Positions 26,190-39,074 of a stretch of DNA of 64,000 nucleotides are shown piece by piece (position 1 is the stretch's first letter; each line of letters opens with the position of its first letter). Below the pieces are notes generated by a model that made no database searches, was not told where the DNA came from, and saw nothing but the letters and a program-made list of their open reading frames with translations. The stretch comes from Eledone cirrhosa (lineage: Eukaryota): NCBI GenBank assembly GCA_964016885.1, contig OZ024742.1, forward strand, positions 80,600,001 to 80,664,000, read 5' to 3'. The translations under genes were made by a program, and so were the position numbers.

Positions 26190-26785
26190 TGACAGACAGG
26201 TGTGCGGAATGTATGTCTGTGTCTGTCTGACTTAGAATATGCATGTGAGTGTATATGAGAGTGTGTGTGAGTGTAGTTGAGAGTGTATGTGTGTGAGTGT
26301 ATGGGTGATATTTTTATTTTCATTTGGTTCACAATAATAGAAAACAACAAAATGACGTCACATTTTGTATATGGATATGTATGTGAGTGTGTGTGGTTGC
26401 GCCTTCATTAGGTATGTTATTAAATACACACATACATCTACACAAACATGTACATATGGCCACTGACAAAAAAAATAGGGCGAAAAGATATGTGTGTGTC
26501 TGTCTTAGTATATGTAAGTGAGTGTGTATGTGTGTGAGTGTGTAGAAACGATTTATTCATTTGGACACCCCACACAATTACACAATGAATATTGTTTACC
26601 CTAAGGTGCTTCAAGATTGACAGATTTTCATTTCTAATTTCGATTATCATTACCATTTTGATATTTTTTACAAAATATAGATATTTTTAAATAAAATGCG
26701 ATAAATAAACTTATGTTCATATTTATTGTATACTAAGCTGAACAAGAACAGCAATAACCCGGGCAACACCGGGTAATTCGGCTAG
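26190..26785 (+). mobile_element. Non-autonomous Helitron (3' end clear, 5' end approximate)
   Basis: Subterminal hairpin ACCCGG-GCAACA-CCGGGT (26757-26774), then CTAG (26782-26785) and T. Confidence 0.65.
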
Positions 26786-26943
26786 TATATATATATGTGT
26801 GTGCGTATGTTTGTGTGTGTCTGTGCGAGTGTGCATGTGTGTGTATGTACATATAGCCTATGACGTTTAATGATTATTTTCCAATAAATATAAGTTAATA
26901 TTAAATACACAATTTGTTTTCGCTCAAATATGGTGGATAGGGA

Positions 26944-27240
26944 AATGCATTCGTGAGTTTTATAACGAATAACAATAATAATATTATAAGAATATTACTC
27001 ATATTCGATTTGTTTGCAAGCACATAGCCTCCCAACGATATGTGTTTTTCGACGACGATCCCCATCCTTTTGTTCTATCGACGATTGTTTCTCCGTGCTA
27101 CCGCTAGAACATAAGGTAAAACATAAGGAAAAAGTCGTCTAAAAACACATGGTGTTATGAAGCCGTAGCTTGCAAACGAATCAGATATTAGTAATATTTA
27201 TGTAATATCATTATTCGATATAAAATCAACGAATGCATTT
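26944..27240. repeat. Diverged fold-back repeat (~110-bp arms)
   Basis: AATGCATTCGT...TGTGTTTTTCGACGAC versus GTCGTCTAAAAACACA...ACGAATGCATT. Confidence 0.65.
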
Positions 27241-27274
27241 ATCTGTTATGTTAGAACCAACATGAATTGTTTTT

Positions 27275-27354
<80 letters not shown>

Positions 27355-28230
27355 AGGTTCAGGAGCCCGACGGCAGAGCTCAAGCCGTTTCGACGTCTAT
27401 TTCTGGACTTGAGCTCTGCCGTCGGGGTCCTGAACCTTTTCTTATTACCCACTCTACTACCCAAGGTATCGAGTACTCTGGTGCGTCATGGTCCACCTGG
27501 TTCCTTACCGCACTTCCTTCGTTATATATATATATATTAAATTCAATTATTAACAAAATATATGTTCTTGTGATCAATAACATTTTATGATACATATTTC
27601 AGAGGTACTTGAATCAAGTTGAACAGTACGTGCTCATCAGATAAAATAATATGATACATGACATACTCTGACATGTTAGATGGTTAATATTTAATCTAGG
27701 TAGTGATTAACTTATGAGAATACCCTACTAATGAGAACATGGGAAAGGTAATAGAATCAATAGAGATGGTGTTAGTAAGAAAAACATTGCTTTAATGTAA
27801 CAGTTATACAGTTTTTAAAGTTTGAAATTGTACTGTAGGACTATAGAGGAAGACTATAGATATCTGGAGTTATAATTATAATACATAGGTGTGTATATAT
27901 ATATACATTTTACTACAGCATTAACGAAGCTTTAGGCTGCGGCTAAGCTAACGAATGCAGATTCGGAATGTAGATTTAGCACTCGATGGAGGATAATACC
28001 CCAGAGTTATAACAATACGTTTAGCCAGCTTTGCAAATCAAATATAGCAGTCGGCAGTCCAGCAGCATTGCCATAGCAACGAAAAAGACTGAACTCAAGG
28101 AAAGATTTTTGACTGACCGTATACAACACATAACGCATATCGTATAGCATACGATATACATCACATATAACATACAATATACACGCTAGGTTTCTGTAAA
28201 ACCGAGATCGACTAATTCCGCTTGCAGGGG

Positions 28231-28271
<41 letters not shown>

Positions 28272-28388
28272 AGATCAAAAGATGGTTAAAAGAGTTCCAT
28301 GTATTTTATTATGCGCATTTCAAACACACTCTACTTATCCGATATCTGCATTGCTTTATTGTACTACAATAAAACTCACCTCCTACAT

Positions 28389-28464
<76 letters not shown>

Positions 28465-28483
28465 TGTGTGTGAGTATGTGTGA

Positions 28484-28528
<45 letters not shown>

Positions 28529-28777
28529 TGTGTGTGTGTGTGTGAGAGTGGGTGTATGTATATATATATATATAACAAAGGAAATGTGGTAAGGAACCAG
28601 ATGGACCATAACGCACCAGAGTACTCAATAATTAGAGTAGTAGAATGGGAACTAGGAAAACGACGGGGTCATACTTTTTTCTATATATATATATATATAT
28701 ATATACATTATGAAGAGAGAAGAAACATTTAGATATAATTAGTAATAAAATGTATCATACCTAAACTGCTCCTAAAT

Positions 28778-28865
28778 TCCTCGACTACGTAGTTTCGTGG
28801 CATAAACAAAAACAATATATCAAAGATATAGGGTCCTTGCGAGGTCTGCCGACTTATCAAGAGGA
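28778..28865 (-). ncRNA. Type-I hammerhead, U3-A8 core, extended stem-II loop (copy 1)
   Basis: UCCUC-UUGAUAA-GU(C)GGCA[44 nt]UGCCAC-GAAA-CUACGUAG-UC-GAGGA. Stem I 5 bp, palindrome ACUACGUAGU, GUC site. Confidence 0.82.
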
Positions 28866-29367
28866 TACCTCATTTTACTAGTCTCAAGAACGCGTCTACA
28901 CGACGTGAGAAAGAATCCCAAAAGGCGGAGGGGGAGATAGTCACGCGATATAACGGTCGAGAAACAGAGCTAAGCCTCTTATAACCACGAAGAAAATACC
29001 ACGGAGGCGGAGGGGGTATTCATATCGAGGCCGTAGAAGAGGTAGTGAAGAAGGCGAGAAGTATGAGTAATGGAAGCTTTCCAGTTGTCCCCACACTTCA
29101 AAGATTGCTCGACCAGAGGGAGTTATTAATATATTTAGAAACACACAGATACATGCGGACACACACATATATACATGAATGCATCCGCACCCAACTGTGA
29201 GTTAAGGGTGCCAACTTCACCGATGTTGCTCAATGAATGACTGGGACAGACCAATTCAGTTGAACCAGACTGAACCAGTATCAGAGTTAAAAATACATTA
29301 TGAAGAGAGAAGAAACATTTAGATATAATTAGTAATAAAATGTATCATACCTAAACTGCTCCTAAAT

Positions 29368-29455
29368 TCCTCGACTACGTAGTTTCGTGGCATAAATAAA
29401 AACAATATATCAATGATATAGCGTCCTTGCGAGGTTTGCCGACTTATCAAGAGGA
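29368..29455 (-). ncRNA. Type-I hammerhead, U3-A8 core (copy 2)
   Basis: Core and stems identical to copy 1. The 4 differences all fall in the 44-nt stem-II loop. Confidence 0.82.
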
Positions 29456-30413
29456 TACCTCATTTTACTAGTGTCAAGAACGCGTCTATATATATATACA
29501 CACACATATATATATATAATATTGTTTACAGAAGTAATAGATTTAGTTTATGATAACGGTTTCTGATTTTGGCACAAGGACAACAATTTCGGGGGAGGGG
29601 TAGTCCTTTAACGCTTAAATTGATCTCAGTGCATTTCCTTTGTCATTCATTCTTACGTGGTCGAAAAAATAAAGTTATTTTTTCGACCACGTAAGAATGA
29701 ATGACAAAGGAAACACGTGAAACTTTTCGTAATAAAAGTTTATTTTACAGATTTTAATTTTTACACATGTTAATGTTTTATACATCTACACAAGATGCAA
29801 AACATTTATTTTCACATTCCTTTTGTTCAGAGAGACGTTGTTCATAGAACATTTATAACACATATTCTATCGCTTAAAAACAAAATAGTACCATATATTA
29901 TCCACATTTGAAAAATACTTTATATAATCGTACACAATTTTGCTATGACAATTGAAATGTAAATACAAGCAGTTGTATTATAGATCATAAGAGAGTAATG
30001 GATGTCTGTCTACATATATGTTAAGAATATTGAAAATAAACCGGTAATAAAGAAATATAGTTTCCAAATAGTTGAAATTCGGCAAAATATTCTAAATTTC
30101 ATGGATTTAAACTAACTGTGATTTGGTGTATGTGGCATCAGGCTAATAAACTCTCACGTAAATGGAATATCATTTTGAAAGGAAAAATTATCACAGCTTG
30201 AAATATAAGAATTGAAGCCAGTAATTCGACGACGAATCATTATTGGCGTTTCGGGTTACACGCAAATACGCGCACACATATACATACACACACACATACA
30301 TACATACATACACACGCACAAGCATATATATATATATACAGACACACATATGCATACATACATAGGTGTATATATATATATATATATACGAACACCCCCC
30401 CCCCCCCCCCCCC

Positions 30414-30455
<42 letters not shown>

Positions 30456-31005
30456 ACCATGTCCTGCAACAAACACTTATTTAGCTGAGCTGCAAACTTC
30501 AAAAAGCTTACACTTGGAGTTTCCAAGCAAACAACGTTAACAATACATTTAATAAATAAATCTGATAGAAATATTGATTTGCTATCAGTGGACATTTTCA
30601 TTAATAACGATAAGATTGTTAAAAAATATTTGATTGATTGGAATAATATATAAAGCAAGCTCCTTACGCACTATTTTCTCAAAAAATGAAATGAAGATAA
30701 ATATGCATGGAAATTGCGTCATAAATCTAAAAATATGACAAGGAACTAAACTTCTGACAAACTAATATATTTTTGTACCTCCTTTTTACTTATTTTTGTT
30801 TGACAATTTCCTTACTTGCGAATTGTATGTATATGTATAAACATACTTAAAAACAGGCACACACACTCACACATACGCACACATACATACATGCACACAC
30901 ACACACATACATAATATATATATACACATACGTATATATATTCCTTCGTGTGTGTGTAAAATTGTGTACGTATCAAGAACACATAGCTATAAATATATGG
31001 GGCTT

Positions 31006-31039
<34 letters not shown>

Positions 31040-31046
<7 letters not shown>

Positions 31047-31440
31047 TAAACGGAATAGAAAATGCTGACAAATTGTTCACAGTTGAAAAATGGTTTAATT
31101 AGGAATAAAAGAGTATTAGTGATTGTATGGGTTAGTATTCAGTTGTGGTTTTAAGTTTTTAAATTTTTACCGGTTGCGCATTTCTAAATGCTTTTCAAAA
31201 ATAATTTTGAGATAGAGTGTCCGTGCTGTTTGCTCAGATCAGAGCAAACAGCACGGACACTCTATCTCAAAATTATTTTTGAAAAGCATTTAGAAATGCG
31301 CAACCGGTAAAAACTTAAAAACTTAAAACCACAACTGAATACTAACCCATACAATCACTAATACTCTTTTATTCCTAATTAAACCATTTTTCAACTGTGA
31401 ACAATTTGTCAGCATTTTCTATTCCGTTTACCAATATATA
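31040..31440. repeat. Near-perfect ~400-bp palindrome with HHR-like motifs at 31165-31201(-) and 31276-31313(+)
   Basis: Centre GCTC-AGATCA-GAGC at ~31232-31245. Motif UUU-UUGAAAA-GCAUU(UAGA)AAUGC-GCAA-CCGG-UA-AAA. Confidence 0.9.
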
Positions 31441-31469
31441 ATAACTTGTGTGTTACACCTCTATTCTTT

Positions 31470-31540
<71 letters not shown>

Positions 31541-31590
31541 GTGCTAAGCCCCATATATTTATAGCTGGTTCCTTGCCACAACACCTTCGT

Positions 31591-31622
<32 letters not shown>

Positions 31623-31919
31623 TATATATAGATAGATAAATAGATAGATTAAACTGGTAAATACCTGTCTATGTTGGGGCTAATAACACTGTTAGAATTT
31701 CATGTTGTTTAGAAGTAATAATTCGAACGAGACCAGGTGATGAGAGTTTTTATTCTTATGGATGGTTTTCATCCTATGGGTTTCCGTTAATGAAATCATA
31801 AGGCCGTGTTTGGTGGTTAAACACTTCATTGTTTTATGATAAACACTTCATTGTTTTATGATCGCTCCAGAAACTTGTTTGATCATGTTAGATCGATTAA
31901 TCATTATAACGATGTATTA

Positions 31920-34500
31920 TGTTCATCCAGCCTTCCGATGCCCTCTCTTCCTCGATTGAGAGCGCCGTGGACTCCAGTCGAGCCAGTGATTGGGACCAGC
32001 TGTTCTATTTCGCTCCACTCACCCTCGGCCTCCCCAGCTCTGGCGCTGACCAAGGCGGCCGGTCAACAGCAGTCTACGTCAAGGCCAATGTCTAGTCCTT
32101 TGGGCGAGCACCCATTCCAAGCGTGCACAGGGAGGCCGCACACTCCACTCACAGGTAGCCCCATCCTCCAACCCCGACCAGCGCCAAGCGTTTGCCTGAA
32201 AAAGTAAACGCCAAGCTTATCATGGGTGATGTCTCGGCCGCAGTCAGTCTTGTTGCCGCAGAGGACACTATCCTCCAACCAACCGAGGAGGTCCTGGCTG
32301 CTATGCGACTCAAACACACTGAGCCACCCACTGATCACATACCTATACCCCCACCCGACCCCCACTTGATCCTTGTGGCTTCTGATGCAGACACCTTGTC
32401 CGCCATCAGGTCCTTCCCAGCTAGCAGCTGCAGAGGTGTTGATGTTCTCCGACCAGGCCACCACAAGGAGTTGACATCCCCCGTCTCCGCTGAGGTCGGG
32501 CGCCGCATTCTGAATGCAATTGTGGCGCCACCAATAGGTTCATCCATGGTGCCCTGGACCCTTACGCCCGAGGCCTCCTTTTTTCGGCCAGCCTCACAGC
32601 TCTCAGGAAGAAAGAGGGTGGAATACGCCCCATTGCTGTGGGCAATGTCTTCCGGGGGCTGGCTACCAAAGTGATCTGCAAGACCCTAACACACGAACTG
32701 GGTGAGGAGTTTAGTCCGGTACAACTGGGCGTCGGCAACCAGGCAGTTCTTCAACAGCTACCCATCGGAACCGGCATCCAGAGACTGCAGGCACCTCTTT
32801 GTTAAGCTTGACATGAGGAATGCCTACAGCTCTTTACGCCGGGATCATTTGCTCCAGGCCTGCATCAGCCGAGCCCCCTCTTCCTACGCGCTGGCCTACC
32901 TGTCATATGGAGCCCCGAGCATGCTCCTTGTCGCTGATACAGTCATACCCTCGGCTTCTGGGGGCAAAGAGTGCGACCCTTTAGGACTCCTCCTGCTCGC
33001 CCTTGGTATTGACCACATCGCCCAAAGTATCACGGCCCCTCTCAACGTTTTGTATATGGATGATGCTACGTTGGGCGGGCCCGTACGGACGGTCTGCCAT
33101 GACCTTCAGTCAGTGGTACCTGCCCTGGCGGGAATCGGCCTCCAGGTCAACTCGGCCAAGTCGGAGGTGGTGAATGTAAGCCTCGATGCTGCGAGCTTTG
33201 CAGCCTCCGTCTTGGACGTGCAGTCTATTCTCCGCCAGGTTCAGATGACCCACAAAGAGTATGTCCTCAACCCTGGTTCACAGATCCACCCACCGGCCAT
33301 CCGCTCCACCATCAGGTCCAGGCTTCAACAGCTCCAGACTCTCGCGAGCTGACTTGCATTGATTGACTGCCAGTCAGCTCTCTTTCTGCTGAGGAACTTC
33401 TTCGCCATGCCGAAGCTCCTCTATACACTCTGCCGCGCTCCGTGCTACACCCAGACATCTCTCCTCGCTGACCTCGATACTTGTATCCAAGCAACAGCCG
33501 AGGGGATATGCAACGTCAAGTTTGACGACATAGGGTGGCAATAGGCTACTTAACCTGTCAGGTATGGCGGCCTTGGACCCCGGTCCTCGATCTCACTAGC
33601 TTTACCGGCGTATCTTTCGTCGGTAAACTCGTGCCGCGTCCTCGTCAGATAGGGTTATTCAAAACACAACATAATCCTCTGTGTTCAGAGAATGTGAGGC
33701 CGCCTGTGAGACGTGGGCCCGGCTGGGACTTAGCCCAGTAGTCGTCCGTCTTGCTTCTCCCCCTGTTAACGTCAAGTCCCCCCAACGCACTTGGGATGCC
33801 ATCCAGTGCAGCCTGGCCTCAGACAGGCTCACGCGCCAGCCCGACCGGCACCGCCTTCCTTGTTTTCTTGCGGCCTGAAAATCCCACAGTGGCGCCTGGC
33901 TCCATGACCTGCCCTCCTTCTCCACTGGAACGCAGTTCGACAACCATAGCCTGCGCATAGGCGTTTCCCTTAGGCTCGACCTCCGGATATTCCAGCCACA
34001 CCAATATCGCTGCGGTTCCACCGTGGACTCCTTCGGCCTCCACCCGCTTTCCTTTCTCCACAGTGCCGGCCCATACCACACCATGCTGCCCTCACCTCAA
34101 CGAGGTCATTAAGCATGGCTTGAACGCTGCAGGTTTCCCTTCCCAGCTCGAGCGGGGAAGGAAAACCTGCATGACCATCTTCCCGTTCCGCGGTGACAAA
34201 ACTCTCGTCTGGGATGCCACTTGCACCGACACTTTCTGGATCCGCAAGCTGGAGCAGCCTGCGACTGCCCAGGTTCTGCTGCGGTCGTACCTCTGGCAGT
34301 GGAGACTTTTGGTGTCCTCGGCCCCAGCGATACCACGTTACTCACCAACATAGGCGCTGTGCTGGACAGCCGCAGGTGTGAGCCCCGCGAGTTGGAGTGG
34401 CTTTTGCAGCGCGTCTCCCTTGCCGTCCTCCAGGGAAACGCCTTCTCTATTTTGTCCGCCGGGGCTGTGGGTGGGCGCCATTGCGTACCGTTGTAGTTGT
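31920..34500 (+). mobile_element. CRE-clade RLE non-LTR retrotransposon, frameshifted, GC-rich
   Basis: ALRKKEGGIRPIAVG, VKLDMRNAY, YMDDATLGG, LPVRYGGLG, SGAWL, LVWDATC, VPLAVETFG, QRVSLAVLQGNA across several frames. Confidence 0.8.
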
Positions 34501-35059
34501 AAGCAGATATTAACTTATCTATCCCATTGTCCTAATTATATATGTTACGTCATAAATTGATTTAACACTAAATATCGCCTTTTATTTTCATTGTTCAACA
34601 CCACACACCCACACACACATACATAGATATATGTGTGTGTGTGTGCTGGTGTGTGTATGTACTTGTGTTTGTGTGCTTGTGTGTGTGTGTGGTGTGTGTG
34701 TGTGCTCAGGTGAATGAGCGAAAAATAAAAAGGAGAATTGTGTTTAGATGTATGCTTGTAATTTCAACAGTATCGTTGGGTTGATAAATCAGTGAATGCA
34801 TAGGACAGCGAGCGATGCCATTAGTATTTTCGGTCCCGCTGTTAATATATTTTACAGAATCCAGAGACAACAGGTATAGTCTTCATTCAACCTGACACAT
34901 TTTCTGCTCTGTGTATCTGTAATCGCCAGTTTGTAGTATGGTGGTATTTTGGTCAGGGACATTGTTTTCTTATGTTGTGCATGCTGTTTCTTGAGTAATA
35001 GCTATCTGCTCCCCACTATTACATGATAGGGTTGGGGTTTAGATGCCAAGGACCAGTGT

Positions 35060-35480
35060 TTTTAAGTTGCTTAACGGGGTGTGTCTCGAAAGGCAGCCGA
35101 ATTTAATTCAGTTTACCTTCCGATTTCTATCGTAAGTTACTGCAGTATATACTATCTTAAATAAATGTGGATTTACCAGTTGCAGAACATGATGAGCTCT
35201 ACAAGGAATGCTCCATTTAATGTTTTGATAGCTGTACCCTTCATATTTGTGCCCTTCATTGTTATGTCATTGTTTGATGTCGCCTTTGTGCTGTGTCTCC
35301 CGTCGTAAATAAAGGATTGTGCTGAGAAAGTCTAGCTTTCAATACATAGATTGTTAGGCCCATATAGGTCTATTTATACTTTATCATTCCACTTCTATTA
35401 TCCCATGTGCTCATTAGCAACATCTCTATCAATGACCTGACTGTTTTACTCGTATGTGAAAGGAACTGATACAGATGCTT
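35060..35480 (-). pseudogene. Highly decayed PLE GIY-YIG remnant
   Basis: Minus strand TYMGLT...LKARLSQH...IKWSI, parallel to the 8550-8710 motif. Confidence 0.4.
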
Positions 35481-36974
35481 AGGGATGGACGAAAATATAA
35501 TCTGTTATAATATAAAAGAACGAGTAACCAAATGTTATGACTTCCAAATAAGAGAAATGTTTTGATCTGAACACTCTGTTACAATACATCAGTAGTCTAC
35601 AATGAGCGTGTACTGACCCCAACATTTGGATAACATGACTCGTCGTAGATGTGGTCCGTGCTATTGATGCTAAAACCTAAATAGTTCTAATAAGAACCGG
35701 AATATAGATCTCCCCTACTGAAACGTTAACAGGGAGTTAGGAGTTTAACATCGGTCCAAAGAGCATTTGACTGTTGCAGCATACCACTCGTAAACCACCT
35801 ACGAACCAAATCGCTAGACAACTCAATAGACAAGTATGCGTACATGAGTCCGATAAAACCATGAGTGTTGGCATGGAGTTCCACGAAAAATACTCTCCGC
35901 ATGTTAACAAACACTCACGTGCAGGTAATTTGCACAGCAATACAACAATGAATACATGGATGAAAAGCGGCCTGCTTTTCACCAAAGTATTACGCAGAGT
36001 TATACAGCTTGTAACCGCCGCCAATGTGAGCGTGATACAGCAGTATATATTGGACTAAAAAATAGTACATTGTCTTTCACTTCACTGTGAAGAATATGTT
36101 TATCCAATTCCTATAACAGCAGAATACCTAACGCTCAAACCGGGTGCAGGCAAATAGCTAAATGTGACAACAGAGGCAGAGTCTACGGCATAAATACAAA
36201 AGATGTCGCCCACAGCATCAGCAACTCTCTAAAAATGCCATCACGATACCATCCACCTATAAGTCATGTTGTAGTGGCCACATACTACACATTGCAGTCT
36301 GTAGAAGGTATAATCCTGTGCATAATCATAAAAAACTTACTGTGATGTGGAGGTTATATGAATAGATCATACGAAAATGTGCATATGTGAGACATTTCAG
36401 AATTTCATCATGTGCTAACTCAATATATAACTCAAAACAAACAGATCCACTCATGCAATAACACATATTCCTGCACATACAAACGAAGAGCCAAATGCAT
36501 ACATACATTCATACGTATTTACCTAGTTGATGTTATCTAAGTTCCAACAAATGGTTCTTCATTCTATGTTAGAAACCGGCTCTCCCTACATATTGTTGAA
36601 CAGTTTTGAAATAATACGACCAGAGGAAAATAGATACATACACTTGTTTACATACATACACGCATACATACATACATACATACATACATGCATACATAAA
36701 AGTCACCCTCAGCAAGTTTTTTTATTTCCAAATCCTATCAATAGAGATAAAACCCAGCTCCTTCCTCATAGGTAGAATAAAATAATTTAAAAAAAACATG
36801 TATTGTGAGAAACCGGTAATATAGAATAGAGATTAAAAAAGTAACTCAAAAATTTGCATCTTACAAAAATATGTCTTCATCGAAATAGAGTTGAACTGTA
36901 CCTGAAATAGTATTCTTGTAACCAATTATTTTTTTTTTCAAATACAATTTTTTATGAAATTACTTGTAACACTT

Positions 36975-37102
<128 letters not shown>

Positions 37103-37634
37103 GTATTTTTAATAATAATCACGAATACAACCGATATAAATTCATTGAATGTAAAATTACATATATATACAAATATTGTTTACGCCAAAGCAGTACGAAG
37201 CTGTAATCTATGTAAATAATGTGCAATATAACAGATTTGAAATGATAGTGGAAACTATTTTGAGAACGAAAACATAGATTAGGAAGAAAACGAATGATTA
37301 TATAAATATATTCAATGATAAAAATATTGGAGTCATACACGAGACGAAATGAATAATTTTTTAAACAAAACACTGATTCATAGATTTCTGAATTTTACTA
37401 CTATTTTATTATCAATATGTATATTCTAAGCATATAAATTAGGAAACTATGTCGTAAAATATATTTTAAAATTCCAAAGAATATACTCTCAAGCATAGAT
37501 ATCAACACTGATAACAACGAAGGAATAAGAAATAAATCTAACAGCAATACCATATGAAATTATTATCATTGAAAACCTACAACTTCTCATAAACCTTAAG
37601 AAAAATTAAAATGAATAAACATGAGTAATATTGT

Positions 37635-37830
37635 GGCGGCGAATTGGCCGAGTCATTAGAACATCGGATAGTAATGCTTTGTGATATTCATTTCTGCTTT
37701 CTGCTCTCTGAGTTCAAATGCCACCGAGGTCAGGTATGCTTTTCTTCTGGTCGAGGTCGATAAAAACGTGCAAGTCTAGTATAAGCGTTGATTTGTCTTC
37801 TACATCGCTTTGTTGCTTCCGCCCTCTCAT
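37635..37830 (+). mobile_element. tRNA-derived SINE, diverged
   Basis: A-box TGGCCGAGTC, B-box GAGTTCAAATGCC, followed by CCGAGGTC...GGTCGATAAAA. Confidence 0.65.
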
Positions 37831-37839
37831 TCACAAGAA

Positions 37840-38820
37840 AATATCTGCTGTATTCAGACCCGGAGATGAGATGGGCTCCCTCAGGTATAAAATATGCCCT
37901 AGAAACGCCGTATGTCAATACACTGTCCCTACGATTCCCTCAATTCTCATCTACAGTTTCAATATTGTAAATTGGAAAGTTAACGAAATTAAGAGAATGT
38001 ACACCAAAATCATTATACATTTTACCTGGATGTGGATCGCCTTTGTATCCCTTGCCAAAAGGGTAGAAGAGGAATAATCCAGCTAGAGCTTTCATACAGG
38101 ATATTGATCTTTGGACTCAATCAATACCTTAAAACCATAGAAACCTGAATGATGAAAATTGTCGTAGTTCTCGAAAGGAGGAAGAGATTACATACAGACA
38201 CAACAGAAATTAGGAAATTTATAAAAGTGGGAATACAGTTCGAAAATAATTTGCAATTCATCAATTAAAGCCGCAAAGATTAGCACACCGTTGGCAAAAC
38301 ATGAAGAACAACAGAGACTGTGTGCAAACACCACTGCATGGGCAGTACGTCTCCGTAGCAAAGAGTACCCTGATTCAGTTAAAGCTATCACTTAACAGTG
38401 ACTGCTGAGTTATTGGCTAATGGCAACGTGTGAGCGCTTCATTTTGACTGTTCAACACCATTGTTTCCCAAGGCGCAACCTTCAAACTGGTCGAGGACGG
38501 TTACTATAAAATAATTTGCGGCCGATAGAAAACAACCATAACTAATGGATTGTTTCGACAATCTGGCAATCGCCGAGAAAATAGAACAAAATATGAAAAA
38601 ACTCACCAGCGGCGAAAACAGATTGGGGTGATGCCTCCAGTCTTGAGAGGTGCATCAAACAAATAGGAATTGCAATACGGATGGAATAGTTACAAACAAC
38701 AGGATTGATTGGAACAGCTCGAATACTCGGGAGGCTACTCGAACAATAAGGTGTTTTACCCCAGTTCACGGGCAGTAAAAAGCTAACACTGTAATACATT
38801 TTCAACATTAGAAGTTGAAC
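37840..38820 (+). mobile_element. Decayed R4/Dong-like element
   Basis: IPSILIYSFNIVNW, DRLCIPCQKGRRGIIQLE, PLHGQY and IGTARIL are colinear with the 995-3631 protein. Confidence 0.7.
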
Positions 38821-38865
38821 GAAGAAACGCTAATGATTTCTTTATCTTTTTTATTATCATTAATA

Positions 38866-39034
38866 ATTATTTCTACTTTAGGCACAAGGCCAGCATTACT
38901 GGTACTTTATTTTATCGACCCCGTAAGGAGGAAAGGCAAAGTCAACCTCGGCGGGATTTGAACTCAGATCGTAAGGGGACGTAACTATGCTGGAAAGCAT
39001 GGCGTCCGACCCTCTACCGATACTGCCAATCCAC
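38866..39034 (-). mobile_element. tRNA-derived SINE (octopod-type)
   Basis: Minus strand TGGCAGTATCGG (A-box), GAGTTCAAATCC (B-box), GGGGTCGATAAAATAAAGTACCAG. Near-identical to 52540-52722. Confidence 0.85.
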
Positions 39035-39074
39035 TGATAATAATAATGGAAATAATAATAATTATAATAATGAC

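Larger units (their letters stand above)
28704..29488 (-). mobile_element. Candidate non-autonomous hammerhead retroelement (retrozyme-like), 590-bp unit plus ~195-bp terminal redundancy
   Basis: 28704-28898 repeats at 29294-29488 (offset 590). Each repeat holds an intact HHR. No recognisable ORF; (TA)n on both sides. Confidence 0.7.

Noticed and set aside
35500-36350. Possible Tc1-like transposase traces
   Set aside because: Only short ambiguous peptide matches, no TIR pair, and inconsistent strands.
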